This document shows, one piece after another, positions 33,062 to 40,113 of a stretch of DNA of 44,299 bases (position 1 is the first letter of the stretch; each line of letters opens with the position of its first letter). The stretch covers positions 1 through 44,299 of the IMG/VR virus record IMGVR_UViG_3300015203_000006. The stretch is one strand, 5' to 3'. Below the pieces are notes generated by a model. That model was not told where the DNA came from, searched no databases, and worked only from the letters and a program-made list of their open reading frames with translations. Made by a program: the position numbers and the translations under genes. Source of the DNA: a virus.

Positions 33062-33303
33062 GCTCCTCCTCGGAAGGACTGTGCTAGGACCGCCCCGAGC
33101 GTGGACAGATCGGCGAGGTCGGGGCGGATGATGGGCGGCCAGTGGTACATGCCGATGCCGTGGGCTCTGCGGCGCAGGTCGCGGACGTATCTGGCTTGAG
33201 CGTCACGACAGTCGTCGCACATGGGGATGCCTCGACTCCCGTGTGCCTGCCACCCGGGGTATGTGCCGTGGTCGATGGCCAGCTTCGATAGGACGCTGCT
33301 CAC
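33058..33303 (-). CDS. Hypothetical protein, 81 aa, with HGT..C..CRDA..Y module
   Basis: The track ORF 33058..33402 is trimmed to the GTG at 33303, which overlaps the upstream stop (GTGA). Sequence: VSSVLSKLAIDHGTYPGWQAHGSRGIPMCDDCRDAQARYVRDLRRRA... Confidence 0.55.
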   Translation of the reverse strand: MSSVLSKLAIDHGTYPGWQAHGSRGIPMCDDCRDAQARYVRDLRRRAHGIGMYHWPPIIRPDLADLSTLGAVLAQSFRGGA

Positions 33304-33482
33304 AGTTCTGCGTCCCTTGCGGTGGCCTCGAACAGGCCGGCGACGTCGGCGGGGTCGTCGCGGTGGAGCCACTCGTCGAGCTCGTCGGCGATTTGTTCCC
33401 AAAGTTCCCTGTCGAGGGGTGGTGTGTGGGGGTCGCCGGCTTTCGTGCGGGCGAACTGGGCGAGGGCTTCGAGGTCGGTCAT
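33300..33482 (-). CDS. Hypothetical acidic protein, 60 aa
   Basis: The track ORF 33300..33707 is trimmed to the ATG at 33482 (ATGA overlap). Sequence: MTDLEALAQFARTKAGDPHTPPLDRELWEQIADELDEWL... Confidence 0.6.
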   Translation of the reverse strand: MTDLEALAQFARTKAGDPHTPPLDRELWEQIADELDEWLHRDDPADVAGLFEATARDAEL

Positions 33483-33637
33483 GACTGCCCCTGGATCCCG
33501 GCAGCGAGGATCTTCCCGATGATGGCGACGGCCTCGTCCCTGGTGAATCCCTCGGCGATGAGCGCGACGTATATCTCTCGGAGTTGGTGTGCGCTTTGGC
33601 GTACTTCGGCGCTTGGCTCTACTCGGTCGTTGGTCAT
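33479..33637 (-). CDS. Small ORF, 52 aa
   Basis: Not in the ORF track. ATGA overlaps at both ends. Peptide: MTNDRVEPSAEVRQSAHQLREIYVALIAEGFTRDEAVAIIGKILAAGIQGQS. Confidence 0.55.
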   Translation of the reverse strand: MTNDRVEPSAEVRQSAHQLREIYVALIAEGFTRDEAVAIIGKILAAGIQGQS

Positions 33638-34242
33638 GGTTCGACTTCTCCAGGTTTCGTTGGGGTGGGCCTACCTGTTTGAGGCGGTTCTGAGGCCGGG
33701 TGGTCACTCAGTACCGGATCAGGGGTTTTCTCAGCCCCAGGGCGGATGGTGGCGGCTTCCTGCCCTGTTCCAGCGCCCGTCGTCTCCCCGAGCGCGGCAC
33801 GGATCTCACTCAGTCGCATCAAGCCCATGCCGTCGGACTGGTACTCGTCACACAGCGCCCGGACGCGTTCGACCGTGGCGCGTAGCTGGTCGCGTTCCTG
33901 CGCGATGACTGCCGTGATCGCAACGCCGTAGGTGCTGATCCCACAGATCGGGTTCTCACCCTTGGTGACCTGGTCCTCTCCGTGACGACGGATGACCTCT
34001 CGGTGGAGCGCCACAAGCCGGTCATGGTCGCTCTGCATCGGTGCGTAACGGCGTTGACACTCATCCACAGCCTCATGGATCCGCAGCCGCAGTCTCTGCA
34101 CCTCGGCGCGTAGCTGGTCGCGTTCTTTCTCGGCGCGGGCCTTGGCTTTGAGCGCGGCGGTCAGAGTCCTGCGGGCGTCCACGACCCGCGACGGCGCGGA
34201 TGGGCCGGCGAGTGCGTAGGCGTCCTGGCCCTGGTTGGTCAT
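33634..34242 (-). CDS. Coiled-coil hypothetical protein, 202 aa
   Basis: The track ORF 33634..34269 is trimmed to the ATG at 34242 (ATGA overlap with the upstream gene). Repeated ERDQLRA(E/T)V(Q/E)R(L/V)R segments. Confidence 0.7.
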   Translation of the reverse strand: MTNQGQDAYALAGPSAPSRVVDARRTLTAALKAKARAEKERDQLRAEVQRLRLRIHEAVDECQRRYAPMQSDHDRLVALHREVIRRHGEDQVTKGENPICGISTYGVAITAVIAQERDQLRATVERVRALCDEYQSDGMGLMRLSEIRAALGETTGAGTGQEAATIRPGAEKTPDPVLSDHPASEPPQTGRPTPTKPGEVEP

Positions 34243-35045
34243 GACGCGGACTCGACGAAACAACCGCAACCACCGAAGTCAAGGGCATCGAACATCGCGG
34301 GCTGGGATTCGATACGTTCCCGGAACCGGTGCAGAGTCAAGGGGGTGACAGTGCCGCCGGCGCGGTCCCGGAGGATCGCCACATCGGCATCGAGGTAGTC
34401 GCGTAGCTCTTGCTCATGGGCTTCCCAGTAGGCGTACCGGGCTGGGTGCTCACGTAGCAGCAGCTCGAACTGCGCCTGGCCTGCGCGGACGCACCCGCCA
34501 CCGCAATTCGCGTGGGGGAAGCCCGCCTTGTAGAGCCGCGGGATTTCCATGCCAGCCGCTACGCACATGGCTTGCACGTCGGCCTTGTCGAGGTAGGGCG
34601 GTTCGGTCAGCGGTGCTTGCGCCTTGAATGGCAGGTAGGCGCGTTCGATGGCGGACATCCGGTTCGTCTCAGTCCAGTCGATGCCGAGATACACAATCGT
34701 GTCGCCTGGGTCACAGTTCGCGTCGAGCCACTCCCTGCAGGGTTGCTGTTTCAGGAACTTGGAGCAGTTCGCCAACCGGCTGTTGCCGAGGAACCGGTTG
34801 TCGTGGAACACCTGCCAGATGTCGCGGCCTTCGTTGAGCCAGACAAGGGTGCCGCCGACATCAGCGGCGGCTTCTTTGAGGAACCGGTAATTGTCCTCAT
34901 CCTCGCCCGCGTGAGGGCTCGGGTTGGTGCCTTTGACGTCGGCGAAGATGAGCCATAGGTCGTCGGTGCCGTGGCGTTCTGCGACGCGTTTGGCGGCTGC
35001 CCATGAGCCGAGGCCGCTGCTGAATGGGACGACGTGTTTCATCAC
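34239..35045 (-). CDS. PAPS reductase/PP-loop ATPase-like protein (DndC-like fold family), 268 aa
   Basis: PP-loop-like VPFSSGLGSWAAA at the N-terminus. Cys clusters HANCGGGCVRAG and FGGCGCF. This pattern is typical of phage phosphoadenosine-phosphosulfate-reductase-like proteins. Confidence 0.7.
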   Translation of the reverse strand: MMKHVVPFSSGLGSWAAAKRVAERHGTDDLWLIFADVKGTNPSPHAGEDEDNYRFLKEAAADVGGTLVWLNEGRDIWQVFHDNRFLGNSRLANCSKFLKQQPCREWLDANCDPGDTIVYLGIDWTETNRMSAIERAYLPFKAQAPLTEPPYLDKADVQAMCVAAGMEIPRLYKAGFPHANCGGGCVRAGQAQFELLLREHPARYAYWEAHEQELRDYLDADVAILRDRAGGTVTPLTLHRFRERIESQPAMFDALDFGGCGCFVESAS

Positions 35046-35539
35046 AGCGCCTCTTCCGTGGCGGCCTGGACATCGGGGAGCACCGTACGGGTATGCGACG
35101 CCGACAGGTGCTCGGCGGGTTCGGGCCCGGCCCAGATGTCGATGGCCGCGCCGGGCTGACGGTCATCGGCGTAGAGCTTCAGGGCGGTGATGGTCACAAC
35201 CTGCGCGTCATCACGCCACACCCCAGCTTCTCCGAGACCATCCAATGTTGAGCGCAGCAACTTATCGAGGTCTGGGCGGCCGGCGGGATATTCCGGTGCA
35301 GAGTCACGGAACAGCGCAGCATTGGCCCCGGTCCGGTAATGGCTTCGTGGTCGTACTAGGTAGAACGCGATGCGAATGTGGACCGGGTCGACTATCGCCT
35401 CATCGATCATTTCGAGCGCGGCGTATTTCACGTCTTGCCGCCAAGGTTTGACTTTCTTGGATGACTCGACCATGACGCCGTTCCCGACGTGGCGTTTGCT
35501 GCCCTGTGGTGCTGGGGTGCCGATGACGGTGATTCGCAT
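35042..35539 (-). CDS. rusA: RusA-like Holliday junction resolvase, 165 aa
   Basis: The track ORF 35042..35671 is trimmed to the ATG at 35539, after a gaaggaagga SD. Motifs: MRITVIGTPAPQGSKR...KPWRQDV...FYLVRPRSH...RPDLDKLLRSTLDGLGEAGVWRDDAQVV. Confidence 0.85.
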   Translation of the reverse strand: MRITVIGTPAPQGSKRHVGNGVMVESSKKVKPWRQDVKYAALEMIDEAIVDPVHIRIAFYLVRPRSHYRTGANAALFRDSAPEYPAGRPDLDKLLRSTLDGLGEAGVWRDDAQVVTITALKLYADDRQPGAAIDIWAGPEPAEHLSASHTRTVLPDVQAATEEAL

Positions 35540-35724
35540 TACTGTCCTTCCTTCGGTCGTGAGCTGTGGTGGCGGGCGAGCCAGTACGGGCACGTGTCGT
35601 CGTGGTGGATGTTGATGACGTAGAGCCCGGCCTGCTTGGTCATGTCCTGGTAGGCGTCGCAGTCGTCGCATCCGCCGGGGAAGTGGTGGCCGGCGATCTG
35701 GGTGTAGATCTCTTCGAGGCTCAT
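35539..35724 (-). CDS. Small Cys/His-rich protein, 61 aa
   Basis: The ATG at 35724 overlaps the upstream stop (ATGA). Sequence: MSLEEIYTQIAGHHFPGGCDDCDAYQD...HHDDTCPYW. Confidence 0.6.
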   Translation of the reverse strand: MSLEEIYTQIAGHHFPGGCDDCDAYQDMTKQAGLYVINIHHDDTCPYWLARHHSSRPKEGQ

Positions 35725-37079
35725 GGCTGGCACAGGAGGTGGTAGTTGATGTGATCGTCGATCAGGGCTTGGGCCAGCGGTTCGCCGCAGGAGAGGCAGT
35801 CGAGCGACTGAGTGCGCCGTGGCTCACTCGTGTTCTCTGGGGGCCGTGAGTGTGCGCCAGACCCTAAAGGGTCTGGCGCACTCACTCCCACCAGTGCGCC
35901 GCGCACTCCCGGCGCACTCGGCGCACTGGGGTCATTTGGGGGTTCGCAGGGGTAGTGGAGGATGGCATTTCGGGGTCCGGGGGCGGTCTTGATCCACCCT
36001 GTTGACTCGCCACGACGGAGGGCTTTCCGGATCAGCTCGCGCTTGTGGACGGCCCCGAGCGCGGTCTCGACCTGGCGTTGTGAGGCCCCGTTGACGAGGA
36101 GCCTGAGGTAGCCCAGGACGTCGGGGAGGACCTCGTCGATCGCGGTGTCCTTGCGGCTTCCGCCGACCACGGCGAGGGACCTGGTGTCGTGGTCGTAGGT
36201 GAGTAGGGCTTCGGGTTGGTCGACGTCGCGGCCATATGCCTTGAAATAGCGGCGGGCATTGGCGTCAGGTTCTTCGCCTTCTTCAGGCTTTTCTCTGACG
36301 AGGGTCCATTCGACGTCTGGCCAGTCCCTGATGCGGGTGTCTCCGCGTGATCTTTCACCGCTGTGGCCCATGTGGTGGGTGACCAAAGATTCGGATGCGC
36401 CCGATTCTTCGAGGAGCGCGTCAAAGGCTACGAGGAATCGGCCGGCTTCTTTATCTTCGGACAGGTTCAATGCGTCCAGGATGGGTCGTAAACAGTCGAG
36501 GATGATGACTGACGCGAATACTCCGCGGAGCTTCTCGGCCCACCTGGTGCGGCATTCGTCGTCGAGGAGGTCGAAGGTCCCGACGAGTCCGCGTAGGGAC
36601 ACGACGACGACCCGGTCCTCGTTGACGATGCCCTGGTCGCGGAGCCAGCGGCGCATCATGCGTTGGTCGAGCTCGTTGTCGAACAGGACGATGGTGCCGG
36701 CGGGTTGGCGGACGTTGAACTGACCGAGGAACTTCTCGCCGTCTGCGAGGGCTCGGATGACGTTGGCGACCATGGTGGTTTTCCCGGCCTTGTATTGGGC
36801 GGCGTTGACGACCCTGCCTCCGACTGGCCAGAGTCCGTCGATGCGGTAGACGGCTGGGTCGTCTTCGATGGCGAGGAACTGGTCGAGGCGTTGAAGGGGA
36901 GGCTCTGTGATCTCGCCGGCGTTCTCGTCGCGGATGACCTTGGTCGCGGATTGTCGGACGCGGAGACGGTGGGCTTCGATGGTGACTTCGCGGTGGAAGT
37001 TGATGGCGGCTTCGTAGGCGTCGTCGGCGTCGTAGTCGGGCATGGGTGGGAGGCCGTTGCCTCTGGCGTACTCGCTCAC
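35721..37079 (-). CDS. RepA-like AAA/RecA-fold ATPase (putative replicative helicase/initiator), 452 aa
   Basis: The track ORF 35721..37223 is trimmed to the GTG at 37079 (GTGA overlap); ATG 37043 is an alternative. Walker A is AAQYKAGKTT and Walker B is VIILD. The HHMGHSGERSRGDTRIRDWPD motif is typical of the AAA_25/RepA family. C-terminal CLSCGEP...HLLC. Confidence 0.8.
   Translation of the reverse strand: MSEYARGNGLPPMPDYDADDAYEAAINFHREVTIEAHRLRVRQSATKVIRDENAGEITEPPLQRLDQFLAIEDDPAVYRIDGLWPVGGRVVNAAQYKAGKTTMVANVIRALADGEKFLGQFNVRQPAGTIVLFDNELDQRMMRRWLRDQGIVNEDRVVVVSLRGLVGTFDLLDDECRTRWAEKLRGVFASVIILDCLRPILDALNLSEDKEAGRFLVAFDALLEESGASESLVTHHMGHSGERSRGDTRIRDWPDVEWTLVREKPEEGEEPDANARRYFKAYGRDVDQPEALLTYDHDTRSLAVVGGSRKDTAIDEVLPDVLGYLRLLVNGASQRQVETALGAVHKRELIRKALRRGESTGWIKTAPGPRNAILHYPCEPPNDPSAPSAPGVRGALVGVSAPDPLGSGAHSRPPENTSEPRRTQSLDCLSCGEPLAQALIDDHINYHLLCQP
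35811..35929. repeat. Iteron-like cluster of GGCGCACT/AGTGCGCC 8-mers plus a 30-bp palindrome inside the RepA-like gene
   Basis: (G/C)GCGCACT occurs at 35875, 35900, 35911 and 35920, with 11- and 9-nt spacing for the last three. Inverted AGTGCGCC occurs at 35811 and 35893. Perfect palindrome gtgcgccagaccct-aa-agggtctggcgcac at 35852..35881. Second palindrome agtgcgc-c-gcgcact at 35893..35907. Confidence 0.85.
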
Positions 37080-37354
37080 GGATCCACCTCGTCTGGCCAC
37101 GGCCTCGCTGCGGCATGGTTGGCTTCGCACGCGGCTTCTTGACGGGCCTTCCTGGCCTGCTCGTGTGTCGTCCACGGTTCGAGCTTCGCCATGGCGTGGA
37201 CGATGTGGGCGACGTGTGCCCAATAGGTGGCCATGTCGTCGACGGCTTGCTGGTAGCCGGACTGGTTGCCCCAGATGACCCCGGACAGGTAGTACGCCAT
37301 CTCATTGACGGTGAGCCTGCTCGGTTGGTCGCTATCGCCTTGGGTGCTCTCCAT
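37076..37354 (-). CDS. Hypothetical protein, 92 aa
   Basis: ORF-track ORF with a gagagggg SD upstream of the ATG at 37354. Confidence 0.7.
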   Translation of the reverse strand: MESTQGDSDQPSRLTVNEMAYYLSGVIWGNQSGYQQAVDDMATYWAHVAHIVHAMAKLEPWTTHEQARKARQEAACEANHAAARPWPDEVDP

Positions 37355-37396
37355 GAGTAGCCCCTCTCTGCTGAGTTCAGACCAGCGGGTCGGTGC

Positions 37397-37441
37397 TCAC
37401 GCGGTGAGGACCTCGCCGGTGGCGTGGTTGAAGTGACTCAT
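37397..37441 (-). pseudogene. Vestigial 3' gene fragment (14 codons, MSHFNHATGEVLTA) duplicating the C-terminus of gene 38023..38343
   Basis: Contains the 26-nt repeat copy at 37409..37434, which encodes FNHATGEV as in ...LDFNHATGEVMDGTR. The upstream sequence in the same frame does not look coding. Confidence 0.4.
37409..37434. repeat. 26-nt direct repeat, copy A
   Basis: gacctcgccggtggcgtggttgaagt matches 38041..38066 at 25 of 26 positions. Confidence 0.9.
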
Positions 37442-37761
37442 GTCCCCACCTTCGAAGTCCCGCCTTCGGCCTTGGAGTACTCCACCCAGACGAACTCGCC
37501 GTCCGGTCCGACCGGGAAATGGTCGCGGCAGATGGCGCAGTAGGTCCCCCCGTAGAAATGCGGGTCTCTCGCATACGTTTCCGCCAAAGCGATGCCCATC
37601 GTTGTCCGGCCACCACAGGGCAGGTGTACGTACGCCCTGCGCACTGGTCGGACGAAGCCCTTGGCCCGTTCCTCGTCACTGAGGACGAGGTAGGTCTCCT
37701 GCATCCCGTCCGAACCGACGTTGCTCAGGCCCGGGTCGTTCCGGTCACTTGTGACTCCCAT
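37438..37761 (-). CDS. Conserved hypothetical protein, 107 aa (Cys4 motif)
   Basis: ORF-track ORF. Sequence: YLVLSDEERAKGFVRPVRRAYVHLPCGGRTTM...THFYGGTYCAICRDHFPV. It overlaps the upstream gene by 17 nt. Confidence 0.65.
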   Translation of the reverse strand: MGVTSDRNDPGLSNVGSDGMQETYLVLSDEERAKGFVRPVRRAYVHLPCGGRTTMGIALAETYARDPHFYGGTYCAICRDHFPVGPDGEFVWVEYSKAEGGTSKVGT

Positions 37762-38026
37762 CGGGCTCGCCCCACTTCGCTGCCAGTCCGCGAACCGCGG
37801 TGTAGATCAGCGCCCACGTCGTCTCAACGATCACCTGCGAACCGTCGTCGAGGGTGGCGAGGAGTTGGAAGGCTGGCAGGCCCTTGCTGGTGCCGTTGGG
37901 CAGATTTCCGACACGCTCGATGCGCCCGTGTTTCAGGGTGGCGGAGTCAGTGATGTGCTGGCCCCACGCGCCGTCCTGGATGTCGAGGTCTATGGCGAGT
38001 CCGGTGAAGCCTGGGAGGACGCTCAT
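37745..38026 (-). CDS. Hypothetical protein, 93 aa
   Basis: ORF-track ORF. The ATG at 38026 overlaps the upstream stop (ATGA). Confidence 0.65.
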   Translation of the reverse strand: MSVLPGFTGLAIDLDIQDGAWGQHITDSATLKHGRIERVGNLPNGTSKGLPAFQLLATLDDGSQVIVETTWALIYTAVRGLAAKWGEPDGSHK

Positions 38027-38343
38027 CGGGTGCCGTCCATGACTTCGCCGGTGGCGTGGTTGAAGTCGAGGCCGTCCAACGCTGTGCGGCCGGTGCGCTT
38101 TTCAAGGGCGCGTTTGAGCATCTTCCGGGCGTCGGTGTCGTCGTCGGCGTTGACTGCTTCGACCCGGAGGACCCGGATGGTGGGTTCGGTTTCGTCGGTG
38201 TCGACGTTGGTGGTCACGACTGAGCAGTCCACGATCGCGACGATGACGTGTCGGCGTTCGGGGTCCTCGATGAGCTTGGACGCGAGGGCGTTGAGCCCGT
38301 TCTGTTCGTTGTCCTGAGGGAGCTTTCCGAGCAGTTTCGTCAT
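38023..38343 (-). CDS. Hypothetical acidic protein, 106 aa
   Basis: The track ORF 38023..38496 is trimmed to the ATG at 38343, after an acaggagaacagc SD. Sequence: MTKLLGKLPQDNEQNGLNALASKLIEDPERRHVIVAIVDC... Confidence 0.7.
   Translation of the reverse strand: MTKLLGKLPQDNEQNGLNALASKLIEDPERRHVIVAIVDCSVVTTNVDTDETEPTIRVLRVEAVNADDDTDARKMLKRALEKRTGRTALDGLDFNHATGEVMDGTR
38041..38066. repeat. 26-nt direct repeat, copy B
   Basis: gacttcgccggtggcgtggttgaagt lies 632 bp from copy A, inside the 3' end of gene 38023..38343. Confidence 0.9.
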
Positions 38344-38452
38344 GCTGTTCTCCTGTCGTGAAGGCGTGGTGGTTGGGGTTCTGGGTGGGGTGTCTCTGGT
38401 GGGGTGCCGGATCCTGGGCAGTGCCCGTCGCGGCCCTGGGTGAAGCGGGTGT

Positions 38453-39046
38453 TCACGACGTCCCCTTAGTGCGGGTGTGCCAACGGTCACGAGCACAGGC
38501 GCGGCACCTTCGGTAGCCCTTGGGGGTCACATGAGTGTTGGCCTCGTCGTAAGCGTGACCTTGTGGGCAGTGGGTTATGGCTCGCTGGGCTTCACCTTGT
38601 CTGCCTCGCTTTTTGGCGAGCATGTCAGCGTTGTTGTCCGCCTTGGTTCCGAGGAAAAGATGTCCGTCGGGGTATGCCTCGGATGGTGAGGTTTCACAGC
38701 AGGGCGGGTTATCGCAGTGGTGAAGGACGCAGAGCCCGTCAGGGATGGGACCGTACGCGAGTTCCCAGGCGAAACGATGAGCAAGAACCCCCTTGCCCAT
38801 CTGCCCGTAACCCTGGGGCGTCCGGTGTCTGGTCCATTCGAGGCAGCCGTTCGGTGTGCGGATCAAGGAGGCAGTGAATCGTTCGGCTGGTGTGGCTGGT
38901 GTGGGGAGTGGTTCAAGGCGGCCTTGTTTCCGTAGCTGCTCGTAGTGCGTCCCGCACATGCCACGCCGTATTTTGCCGCCGCGGTCGCAGCCCTCTACGG
39001 AACAAACCTTGGTGGTCACAGGCAGGCCGCGCGGTGGCGGGGTCAT
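38453..39046 (-). CDS. HNH homing-type endonuclease (paralog 4), 197 aa
   Basis: CSVEGC...GMCGTHY and QGYGQMG. Core is VLHHCDNPPCCETSPSEAYPDGHLFLGTKADNNADM. C-terminal ribbon is HCPQGHAY..N..CRACAR. A 44-nt core stretch (38703..38746) is 41/44 identical to 1415..1458. Confidence 0.9.
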   Translation of the reverse strand: MTPPPRGLPVTTKVCSVEGCDRGGKIRRGMCGTHYEQLRKQGRLEPLPTPATPAERFTASLIRTPNGCLEWTRHRTPQGYGQMGKGVLAHRFAWELAYGPIPDGLCVLHHCDNPPCCETSPSEAYPDGHLFLGTKADNNADMLAKKRGRQGEAQRAITHCPQGHAYDEANTHVTPKGYRRCRACARDRWHTRTKGTS

Positions 39047-40113
39047 GCGGCGTGCTCCTGCACGGTCTTGTTGCGGAGCATCCGGTCGAGCAGGTCACGG
39101 CGGTCATTGCGGGCCAGACGGTGCTCAATGGTGTCCCTGCCAACATGGAGACGCTCGGCCAGCTGGTCGAGCGTCAGTGGGTCGTTGTCGAGGATGAAGT
39201 CGATGTCCTCGATGCTGAACCTCTCAGGTCGACCGTTGACCTTGGTTTGCTCGCCTAGGTCGGGTGCTGCGTTCGGGTCGTCGATGGTGTCTTCGTCCCA
39301 GGCCAGCGGCACTACCCAGCCGGCGTTGGCGGCGTAGCGGACGCTCCTGGAGTAGGCGATTCGCTCTCGCTGGTTGGTGTGCGGCGGGGCCTGGTCCCAC
39401 AGCTGGTCGTAGAGCTCGGCGACCGCTTTTGCGTGAGCGACGCTGACCTGGGTGCGGCCTTGGGCGAGGTCGGTGAAGTTGGACCGCAGGATGCCCAGGC
39501 GGGCGGCGATCTTGGACTGTGACCACCCGCAGGCGACAAGGGCCTGGATGCGCCTAGCGGTGCCGGTGGAGTCGATGCGGGCGCCGCCGGCCAGGTCGGG
39601 TCTGATCGCCAGGATCGTCTGCTCGGTGGTGTTGCGGATCCGTTTGGAAGGGACGCGGGTGCCGTCGGGGCGGCGTTTGCCGTAGATGAGTTTCCAGAGC
39701 AGGCCTTGGGAGATGGTGGAGACGGCGACGATCCGTTTCAGGCCCATCCCTGCGGCCATGAGGGTTTCGATGTGGGTTCGGGCTGGTTCGGCGTCGACGT
39801 AGGACGTTTTGCCGTAGGCACGTTGGCGGGTTCGGTTCTGTTCGTAGACCCGGTTGGCGTCGCGGCAGGGGCGGCACCGGCACTGGTCGATGACGTAGCA
39901 GACGTAGGTGCCGTGGACGTGTTGGGCGCTGTGGGTGCAGGGCTGTTCGGGGCCGGAGAGGGCGAGTCGGTCGAGGCGGCGTTGGGCTCGTGCTGCACGT
40001 TCGGTGACGGTGGCGCAGGAGTGTTTTCGCATCCCGTACTCGGCCTTGGCGCGCGAGCCTGGCGGTGTGGTGTGCCCGCAGTTCTCGCAGGTAATAGTGA
40101 CCTTGATGCTCAT
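39043..40113 (-). CDS. Multi-HTH DNA-binding protein with N-terminal zinc ribbon, 356 aa
   Basis: N-terminus CENCGH...HSC. HGTYVCYVIDQCRCRPCRDANRVYEQNR module. HTH-like segments GWSQSKIAARLGILRSNFTDL and LTLDQLAERLHVGRDTIEHRL. Confidence 0.7.
   Translation of the reverse strand: MSIKVTITCENCGHTTPPGSRAKAEYGMRKHSCATVTERAARAQRRLDRLALSGPEQPCTHSAQHVHGTYVCYVIDQCRCRPCRDANRVYEQNRTRQRAYGKTSYVDAEPARTHIETLMAAGMGLKRIVAVSTISQGLLWKLIYGKRRPDGTRVPSKRIRNTTEQTILAIRPDLAGGARIDSTGTARRIQALVACGWSQSKIAARLGILRSNFTDLAQGRTQVSVAHAKAVAELYDQLWDQAPPHTNQRERIAYSRSVRYAANAGWVVPLAWDEDTIDDPNAAPDLGEQTKVNGRPERFSIEDIDFILDNDPLTLDQLAERLHVGRDTIEHRLARNDRRDLLDRMLRNKTVQEHAA

Noticed and set aside
37397-37441. The 14-codon ORF MSHFNHATGEVLTA might be a genuine gene, or the -1 frameshift extension of 37438..37761.
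   Set aside because: The same frame upstream of its ATG does not look coding, and no slippery site is present. Its sequence is explained by the 26-nt duplicated 3' end of gene 38023..38343.
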